Below, one piece after another: positions 12,200-22,016 of a DNA stretch of 64,000 bases. Each line of letters begins with the position of its first letter. The stretch's first letter is position 1. This DNA comes from Azolla caroliniana (taxonomy: Eukaryota > Plantae > Polypodiophyta). The stretch is taken from contig JBHGNT010000012.1 in assembly GCA_043228905.1 (NCBI GenBank), positions 8,556,001 to 8,620,000 of the forward strand, given 5' to 3'. The translations under genes were made by a program, and so were the position numbers. The notes below the pieces were generated by a model. It did no database searches. It was not told where the DNA came from and saw nothing but the letters and a program-made list of their open reading frames with translations.

Positions 12200-12945
12200 G
12201 TTGGTGTGTCCTCTGTTGGCACATAAATCTACTCTTCTTTTGCTACCAAGAGAAGATTGTTAGTTGAATTCATTAAAGACTTTAATATTGTAAGATTTTC
12301 TACTGTAAGTTCATTTTTCAAAGGGGGCGATGAATTCTGTGAAGACAACAATGAAAATTATTCTCTCAGAATCCTTTTTTGTTTCATGATATGTCCTGTG
12401 AAGCCATCTGAGTTTTTACTTCTTGTATATAAGTCCTGAATATCCAGGCTATGGATTTTAAAGTACAAACCTTCCTTTCCTTAACAAAATAATCCAACTT
12501 CTGAAACAATAATTTGTGATAGCTCAAAAAGGTAAGTGTTTCCTTACTACTGTTAGTGGATGATTCATCCTTTGGGATGATATCATCAAAATATGGCCCA
12601 CATTGCTTCAACAATTTGCACACATTCTGGTTACCGTCCAAATGGGATTGATGAAACAGTTTATACTTCAGGATATCTTCAATAACACCCGATACCCGAT
12701 ATTTTCTGTTTCTCATCATCAACACCTAAAAACCTAAATTTTCCTAGCAAGCTAAGAAGACTTTCAAGCATTTTATGTACAATAGACTGAAAGACTTTGC
12801 GAGGATTAGGAGATGATCTCAAAAAAGAAACAAAACGTTGTAAAATAAGAATACTTAGATCAAAAAGTATATTCCCATTGTTTTTGATATATGTTGATGA
12901 GCAAAATATAGAAGCAATCCTTAAACATGAACTTGATTTCACACT
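12200..12945 (-). pseudogene. Captured host-gene fragment resembling plant URB2/NPA2 (nucleolar ribosome-biogenesis factor), disrupted
   Basis: Collinear peptides FLRSSPNPRKVFQSIVHKMLESLLSLL, LFHQSHLDG, SYHKLLFQKLD and IYVPTEDT resemble motifs I recall from plant URB2; contains a frameshift and stops. Recognition from memory only. Confidence 0.55.
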
Positions 12946-13071
12946 GGTATAACTATTTCAGATTCATGAACTGGATTATTTACATTGGCAATTGAAACAG
13001 TATTTTGGTATCCAAATAGTTCAATTTCAGACATCACTAACAACTAAAGTTCAAGTACAATCGAAAGACAA

Positions 13072-16000
13072 TCAGGCACTAGAGGGTAACTTGGCCGATC
13101 TTGTAATGCGCTTGTTGTTGGTGCCAGATTTTTCTGATTTTACATTCTTCTTTATCTTAAAGCCTTTAGGTATGAGCTGACTAAGTGGCACTTCATCATC
13201 AGAGGCATCAGAGACAGGCGTGGATGCGCGGGCACCTTGTACTGGTGGCAAGCTTGAGAGAGCAACTATGTTTTCTGCAACTGCAATGCTTGTACACAAA
13301 TCCACAAAGGTGCTGTCGATAGACAAATTATCACTCATCTCCTGAATGCTTGTACTCATAGCGATCTTTATTGCCCTATCATCATCACCGATGCCTATAC
13401 ACTCGTTCTTATTAGACTCCTGTATGTGGACCGTGGCAGTAGTCATGGTCAACTCCTCTTGTACGATGGATGTCACCTCATTCTTAAGACAACGTTGTTC
13501 GCTCTGAGTACAATCAGGCCCACCTTCATTAGTAACGTTGTTCACTCTACACTCCTCATGGGATTCTGTACAATCAGGCTTATCTTTAGGGAAAGCGATG
13601 TTCTTTCCACGATCCTCATGGGCTTCACAAGACACTACTAGCACATTCTCAGTACAATCAAGCTCCTCTTCATTACTAGCAATGTTCTTTCCATGATCCT
13701 CATGGGAATCTTTAGATAGTACTAGCACATTATCAGTACAATCAGTCTTCTCTTCAGCACTTGCCACATTATCAGTACAATCAGTCTTCTCTTCAGTACT
13801 TGCCATATTCTTTCCACACTCTTCATGGGCTTCAATCTTCTCTTCAGTACTTGCCATATTCTTTCCACACTCATAGGCTTCTTTAGACATAGTGTTGTTT
13901 GTACATGCCAGCTGCTCTTCACATATGAATGCTTCGTTTTTCTCACAATCCTCATGTGTGGAAGATGTGCTTCTAGAGTCTGCCTCCTTGCGAAGGTTAA
14001 TTTGATTCTGACTCTGATGGGAATCTGATTCTGCACTTGTGCTCCATGAAGTTCCCGATTCATTTGATTGCAGTTGGGAATCAGACTGCTCTTGTAAACC
14101 TAATTAATGGGATTCCAAAGAATATTGGTATGAACTCACATACTCAAAAGTTTGCAAACAATGAACATAGGGTTTAGGGCCACATTTTTACCTAATGTTA
14201 CATCGTCATACTGTACAGCCGTAGATACCCCATTGCAAGTGGTGGGCTCGGTCATCTTCTCCACAACATCTAGGTGCTCAACAGTGTTGTTATGATCTAT
14301 AATAACAACAAGAATAGGGTTGTTATGAGCTAAATCATTGTTTTCAAAGTCTGGCTTTTGACGTGTACCTGGGAGTGTGATAAATTCGTCTTCATGATCA
14401 GGTTTTGGACTCGTATCTCCGTCACCAAATATCATTTCATCATCAGCTAGTAACACAAGTACATGGTATTAGACAATGGATTAGGTTGACAATGCTCCAG
14501 ACAGGTGAGAACTTATATGACTCACCATTGCATTCAACTTTGCCTTTCTTGCCGTTTCCATACAACATTCTTGCAGCATTTCTCTTCTTACTGGGCTCTA
14601 TTTGTAAAGAAACTGCATTTCTCTTCTTAGTGGGCTCTATTTCTTGATGTTGACCGGAACTTGGGGAATTTGTTTGTAGAAGCATATGTTCCACTGCTCC
14701 AATAGCCCTTCTCATACATTCATCCTCATCATAAAAATCATAGGTTATTGGTAATGATGGTCCCTGAACCTTGGAATGTGCAGCAGATATTGAGGGTTTA
14801 GGCACAGGGGCTGGTTGTTCCATTACCTTCCCTGGCGTGGAGTTGCTTGACACTACAACATTCATTGCAAGAAACAAAAAAACCTTGAATGTTAGTACCA
14901 TCATCTAAAATATATAATGTAGGTCACAAGAGCTGCTTCCCATTTTACACAATGTACTAGTCATGAACAATGTACTACTCACATAGTTCCTAAATTATTG
15001 AACTAGTACTAATAAGGAACACTGTACTGCTCACTTAGTTCCCAATTTACACGATTAGTACTAATCATGCACAACATACACCAGTAGTACTAATCATGCA
15101 CAATATACTACTCACTTAGTTACCAAATTACACAAGTACTAATCCCGAAAAATGTACCACTGACTAAGTCAAATTAATAAGTAGTACTAATCTTGAACAA
15201 TGTACTACTCACTTATTTCCTAAATCACTGAACTAGTACTAATCCCGAACAACGTAATGCTCACTTAGTTCCCAATTTACACAAGTAGTACTAATCATGC
15301 ACAATATACTACTCACTTAGTTAGCAAATTACACAAGGAGTACTAATGCCGAACAACGTAATGCTCACTTAGTTCCCAATTTACACAAGTAGTACTAATC
15401 ATGCACAATATACTACTCACTTAGTTAGCAAATTACACAAGGAGTACTAATCCCGAACAATGTACTGCTCACTTAGTTCCCAATTTACACAAGTAGTACT
15501 AATCATGCACAATATACTACTCACTTAGTTACCTAATTACACAAGGAGTACTAATCCCGAACAACGTAATGCTCACTTAGTTCCCAATTTACACTAGTAC
15601 TAATCATGCACAATATACTACTCACTTAGTTAGCAAATTACACAAGGAGTACTAATCCCGAACAATGTACCACTGACTTAGTCAAATTACACAATTAGTA
15701 CTAATCCTGAACAATGTACTACTCAACAATGTACCACTGACTTAGTCAAATTACACAATTAGTACTAATCCTACAAAATGTACTACTCACTTATTTTCTA
15801 GATTACTGATCTAGTACTAATAAGGTACAAAACTAGTACTAATAAGGAACAAAGTACTACTCAGTTCCCAAATTACAAAACTAGTATTAATCATGAGCAA
15901 TGTACTAGTAACTTAGTTCACAAAGTACAGAACTAGTACTAATCATGAACCATGTAGTACTTACTAAGTACTAATCCAACAAATGTAGATTGGTATTTTG

Positions 16001-17831
16001 CACACAAGTAATACTAAACATGATATGTCTTCTACACACCTAGTTACATAACTTGTACTAATTACACCAACAGTATTAATCTTGAACAGTATTAGTACTA
16101 AACGTGATATGTGTTTGACACACCTCATTTCCAAATTACAATAATTGTACTATTATTCAACAATTTACTATACACCTTGTTCCCAAATTACATTACTAGT
16201 ACTAATTCCCAAGTTACACAAACAATCTTAACAGTCAACAGTGTACTATAAGTATAGTGTTTACTAAACTAATACTAGGCAAGTTGCAATATAGATTGGA
16301 CGATGTTGTACCTGGTTCCCTTTTAGTACTACTAATTGTGGAAAATATCCCTTCAGCTACACATACCAATTATATATTAAGAGTACTGCCAATACTAACC
16401 CACATAATTAGGGTTCCACATAATAGTTGTTAGAGATTACACTAAATTTGAAGTATGAATTGTGGCATACACTAGTTCTAGTCCAAATGTTAATTGACAT
16501 CATATAATACAAACAATAGAATAGTAGAGCCACATACCGTACGGGTGTACTTTTAAACCCCAAGCATAGTACCACTCAGCCGCAATTGTAGTTTTACAGT
16601 CCATACATGTATTCTCTTTCTCAAAATGATACTTAGCACATAGCACATGATATGTGTGCAAGCATGGTGTAATCACAACATCCATAGCCTCCAGCTTGAA
16701 TCCGAGGCCACAAAATATACACCTGGAAGATTGCAAACACAAGTTATAATATATTAGTTGCTCAGTTATTTATACCAAAGAAGTAGAAATAAATAACTTT
16801 TAAAGCCAATACCGTGATATAGCTATACTAATAATGGTACTTTCTATACCACTTGGGTGCTCAATTACAGATGGACACAAAGTATCAAAACCATTTTGTT
16901 TTAAATCCTGCATCAAGCATGCAAGGTTCTCAGAATGCAACTTTAAGGCTGACAACTTATTATCTATTTCTTCATGTGCATTCCTGCAAGTATCAAGGTC
17001 TCTCATCTGTGAACCTAATTGAGTGCCCATATTGTTTAGCTCTTTCTTCAACTCCTCTTTCAAGACCTCACTTTCTGAATTTTGGATTGTCGATGCAATC
17101 CATTCATATGTAGTTTTTATTGAAGAAAATTTCTTTTCTGCCTGTATCTCAGCTGATTTAACTGCTTCCAAATCAGCAAGTAGTGTTTGTATTCTTGAGC
17201 TCATAGAAGCTATGCAACCGGCCATCATCTGTTCATGCTTTTCAGTCATTGTGGCCCGTACCTTTGCATCTAGAACTTGGTGGATAGGTGTTATAACTAG
17301 AATATCCACATGAGAGGTTCCAGATGACTTCAAGCCAGTGTTGGTACTGGAGGACCCTTTGTAATGTTCTGACCGGTGCCGATTAAAATCTTCCCAATTT
17401 ACGTCAATGCCACCTTGAACTTCACATGCAAAAGCACGTGCAAAAACAGTACCCACCTCATTGTTAGTGATTTGATTTGTATCATAAACATGTTCGTATC
17501 TCGTCTTCAATAAATTCATGTATTCCCTCTTCAAACCACTTATGTGGAATCCTCGCCTTGTGTCGGGATGTGCTGACCCCCAGGTTTTTAACAACCACTC
17601 TCTCAGCTCTGGATACACGTCAGGTCGTGCTCGAAGGAAATAATTCCATCCAAGAGGTGTGTCTCGACTGATGGAGTGGTACATCTTCTTTCTCTGTGTT
17701 GATGAATTCATCACCCTTTCTCTTGTGGGTGTCTTCTTGCTTTCTTTCATGGGTGTCCTTCTTCCTTCCTTCACTGGTGTCTTCACTTTCTCTTTCATCA
17801 ATGTCTTCTTTATGGGTGTCCTTCTCGTCAT
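13072..17831 (-). CDS. Transposon-borne coiled-coil plus RING-H2 protein with acidic repeat tail, 6 exons, about 952 aa, intact
   Basis: Exons 17831-16813, 16722-16538, 16356-16312, 14852-14526, 14446-14192 and 14099-13072 join via GT-AG introns with consistent phases (2859 nt). RING-H2: CIFC-x15-CLHTYHVLC-x10-CMDC. The start could instead be the ATG at 17870. Confidence 0.8.
14950..15960. repeat. 52-bp AGTACT-rich tandem repeat with A/B alternation (104-bp dimer) in intron 3 of the RING gene
   Basis: agtactaat at 15287, 15339, 15391, 15443, 15495 and 15547; alternating catgcacaat and ccgaacaa variants. Confidence 0.9.
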
Positions 17832-18379
17832 TGTCCTAGTCAACACAATTCTCAGGGAATGAATATGCATGTACTAGAAGAAAACTCAAGCAATTACCAT
17901 CAACACATAGCAAATCATCTCATTGCATGTACAAACCATGTCAAACACACAATAACCCTAAATAGTCGGAAAAAAACTCCATTGTAAATCATCATAGCCA
18001 ACTCCATCATTGTAAATCATTGTAAATCATCGCATCGCATGTACAAGCCAACTCCATCACATCGTAAAACACACAAGCCAACTCCATCACAAGCCAACGA
18101 AAACATTGTAAATCATCATAGCCAACTCCATCACATCGCATGTACAAGCCATGTCAAACACACAAAAACCCAAAATAGTCGGAAAAACACTCATCCATGT
18201 CAAACTCACACAAAATAAAACAGATGGACAAGAAACAAGAACAAAACGAAAACATAGCAACTCATCATAGCCAACTCCATTTACGTTGCATGTACAAACA
18301 TGTCTAACACACAACCACCTCGATCAAAATATTTTCATACATTTTTAAAAGGAACACAGAGAAACACAGAGAAAACAAA

Positions 18380-18670
18380 AACACAGAGAATACCTGGAGG
18401 TTGTACAACTTGCAGAGGTACCAGACCGTGTTGATTTCGACAAACGAGGCTGTTGCAGAGGAGACAAACGAGCATAGACAGAGGAAACAAACGAGCATAC
18501 AGACAGACAGGAAACATTCAGAAAAAGAAAACATTGAGTATTGGGCATGCAACACAGAGAATACCTGGAGGTTGTACAACTTGCAGAGGTACCAGACCGT
18601 GTTGATTTCGACAAACGAGGCTGCTGCAGAGGAGACAAACGAGCATAGACAGAGGAAACAAACGAGCATA
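18380..18670. repeat. Duplication of about 120 bp (period about 171) upstream of the RING gene
   Basis: acacagagaatacctggagg...aacgagcatac present twice. Confidence 0.85.
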
Positions 18671-18962
18671 CACAAGGAAGGAAAATCAACAACACATACA
18701 ACGAGCAAGGGAAACAAAAATCTCTGCGTTCAGAGATCGAACCTGGCACAAAGGGGAACACAAGAACAGCTACGCGGGGAAACAGAGCATCGAAGGTGGA
18801 GTGAGAGAGAGAAACAGAAAGAAAGAAAGAAACAGAGCTTTGAAAGAAAAAAACAGAAAGAATCGAAGGTGGAGTGAAAGAAAGAAACAGAGAGATAGAC
18901 CTGTAATATATATGTCGTCTTTCTTTAACTTTCTGCCACTGTCTGTCTGACAACTTCGAGAC

Positions 18963-19012
<50 letters not shown>

Positions 19013-19329
19013 GTGAGTGAGAGAGAGAGACATACCAATTGACACATTCGACTACCCATACCAGAGAGAGAGAGAGAGAGAGATACTGAGACTGACCAAC
19101 TGTCACAATGGATACCTTCTCCAGGTGTGCTTTCGTACAACTCTACCTAGGAGACTGGGGCAACAATTAATGTATTAAATATGGCCTAGGGACATTTCGA
19201 GTGTGACGTACAATATCTTTGTGCATTCGAGTGTGATGTAATGAATTTGTTTTTTGTTTTTTGAAACTTATTTACAATTTTTAATGTTTATTTTCTTCTT
19301 CGATTTAGTACTAAATTTTTGGCCAAAAG

Positions 19330-19356
19330 TTGGTACACCGTAGCATGCTTCGACCC
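19330..19356 (-). repeat. Right TIR
   Basis: Reverse complement gggtcgaagcatgctacggtgtaccaa; 2 mismatches to the left TIR. Confidence 0.95.
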
Positions 19357-19360
19357 CTAA

Positions 19361-21580
19361 ACAAAATGGTGTAGCCGAGCGAAAGAATCAGCATATAATA
19401 GAGGTTGCACGGGCAATGATGAACGAGAAGAACCTGCCAAAATCATACTGGGAAGAAGCGGCTAACACAGTTGTATATCTAATGAACCGGTGTACAACAT
19501 CCGGCGTGCATGAGGTTACCCCGCACGAGAAGTTTTACGGAAAGAAGCTGGACCTTTCACATGTTAGAATTTTCGGCTCCCTTGCATACGTGCACATCCC
19601 CGACGAGAAGTGACAAAAGCTTGACCCAAAGTCGGAGAAATGTATCCTCATAGGATACTCACTGGAGCAAAAGGGGTGCAAGTGTTATAACCCCTCTACT
19701 CAAAAGGTTTGTGTGAGTCGAGATGTCGTTTTCGACGAGTGAGCATCCTGGTACGCACTAGAGACAACCTCAATTTTAACTCATTTTGACTCAGAATCAG
19801 CCGATCAAGAGATGTTAGATACAAATCGACTCGGACACATGTACGAAGACAACCCACTTACGACAAGGCTGAGTGGCCAACAAGAGCCTCCGAGTGATCA
19901 TAGCACACCTCGGCCGACTCCGAGGGGAAGGCCAAAATGCCATAATATGAAGACCTGAAGGACAATGAGTCAACTCACTCCTCAACAGTGAGTTTGAACG
20001 CCTCGACATCCAGACAAATGGAGCGAAGAAAACATTAGTCTCTGCGAATGAGAATCTATGTTGGTCCACCCGTGAAAAGAACCCCATAGGCTACGATGAA
20101 TACATGGCGTATCATTACGCCTTTATAATGAAGGTAACAACTGTCTGAGAGCCGGAAACATTTTCTGAAGCCGTGAAGGACCCGCGATGGGTCGACATGA
20201 TGAATGAAGAAATGCAGGCCTTGCGCAAAAACGAGACATGGGATCTTGTTCCCCATTCACGTCACACGAAAACAATTGGTTGCAGATGGATATATAAGGT
20301 CAAATACAATGCTGATGGCTCAGTAAAATGCTTCAAAGCGTGACTCGTCGCAAAAGGATACACACAAACGCATGGCGTCGATTATGAGGAAATCTTTGCC
20401 CCGGTGGCAAAGATGGCAATGGTGCGGACAGTTATTGCACTCGCAGCGGCGAAAGGGTGGCATCTCCACCAGATGGACGTAAAGAACGCCTTCCTCCAAG
20501 GAGAATTAGAAGAGGTCTTCATGATTCAACCCCCAGGTGTTAAATCGAAAAATCATCTGAAATCAGTATGTAGACTAAAGAAGCCACTCTACGGCCTTAA
20601 CAAAGCATCGTGTGCTTGGCATTCAACGATTACTCAATATCTTCATCAAATTGGCTTTCGAATGTCGAAATGAGTCAACTCCCTATACATCCGAAACAAG
20701 TTGAACAACCCGATTGTCATCATCCTGTGCGTGGATGATCTGGTCATCGGAAGAAAGGATCTCGTCGAGATTAATAAGGTAAAATCACTCCTATCCGGTA
20801 GATTCGAAATGAAAGATATGCACGAGCTCCATTACTTCCTTGGTATCAAAGTAATTCAAACACCAATAGGGATATTGATCTCTCAACGGCACTACGTTCT
20901 CAACTTACTCTACAAGTTCGGAATGACCGAGTGCAAACCTCTGTCTACCCCTCTCGACAGAAATCTCAAGCTCGATGTCGATTCGGGCATAACCGAATGC
21001 GATCTGACTCAGTATCGACAACTGATCAGCAGCCTAATATATCTAACCATCACACGACCTGACCTCAGCTATTCATTTGGCCTACTTACCCAATTCATGG
21101 AGAACCCACGAAATGATAATCTCAATTGCGCTAAGAGGATACTTCGGTATGTCAGTACGACGATGGATTATGGCATCATGTATAAGTCAAATACGCTTAT
21201 TCGACTCGAAGGGTACACAGACGCAGACTAAGCAGGCTATAAGGCCGATAGACGTTCAACCTCTGGATTCGTTTTCTCCTTCGGCATCGAAGCAATCTCC
21301 TGGAGTAGCAAGAAGCAGCCAACAGTCGCACTATCGAGCACAGAGGCCGAATATAGGGGCGCGGCAGTCGCCGCGTGCGAAGCTATTTGGCTCAAACGCA
21401 TTTTGAAGGACCTGGGCACTCCGCTCCCATCACGGATCCGGTTCGCTTATACTGCGACAACATGAGCAATATCTACCTAGGTCGGAACCAAGTGCTCTAC
21501 GCGTGCACTAAACATATCGAACTACATTACCATTTCATCCATGAGCATGTTCAAGCTGGAGATGTCGATTTACAACACAT
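19361..21580 (+). pseudogene. copia-B integrase C-part, RT and RNase H
   Basis: QNGVAERKN continues HTP from 6811-6818; [49 protein letters not shown]. Confidence 0.9.
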
Positions 21581-22016
21581 TGTCATGAACAGCACTGAGA
21601 CAGAGAAGGAATTAGTACTAAACGAAGGATTAGTACTATGAGAGGTGTGGAACTTCTTCGAGAGAAGGAAGAAGTGAGCGAGACAGAGAGAAAGAGAGAG
21701 AGAGAGAGAGAGTGAGAGTGATGATAAGAAAGATATTTATTATATGAAGAGAATATACAACGGTGGCTAAAAGGCTTAAGACTGGCGTTGAACCAATTTG
21801 GTTCAACATAATGCCTAGTGCCCTCTTTTATAGTGTTTTCAGGAGTAATCCTGAAGCTTCTAGAATGTTCCAGAGAAATCTGGAATATACACTAATTTCC
21901 TATAATAAAATGTAAATGAAAATAATATCCTACGTATTACAATAGATGGTCTAATGGTCAAGAGCTCGACCCATATAACCTAAGGTCATGGGTTCGAGTC
22001 TTGCCATATCATGACA
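21581..22016 (-). repeat. 3' LTR of the chromovirus
   Basis: Direct repeat of 26818-27257. Confidence 0.97.

Larger units (their letters stand above)
6821..19356 (+). mobile_element. Sola2-like cut-and-paste DNA transposon, 12,536 bp, apparently complete
   Basis: TIRs 6821-6847 and 19330-19356 match at 25/27 nt and start GGG; 4-bp TSD CTAA (6817-6820, 19357-19360); removing the element restores the host integrase frame HTPKQNG; Sola2-type transposase motifs. Confidence 0.9.

Noticed and set aside
18345-19140. ORFs near the right end of the transposon, and 51308..51739
   Set aside because: Produced by (GA)n/(CT)n microsatellites and local duplications.
6821-19356. PIF/Harbinger identity (GGG ends, TAA flanks, two genes)
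   Set aside because: Aligning the TIRs gives a 4-bp CTAA duplication; the transposase motifs are Sola2-like, and the second gene is RING rather than Myb/SANT.
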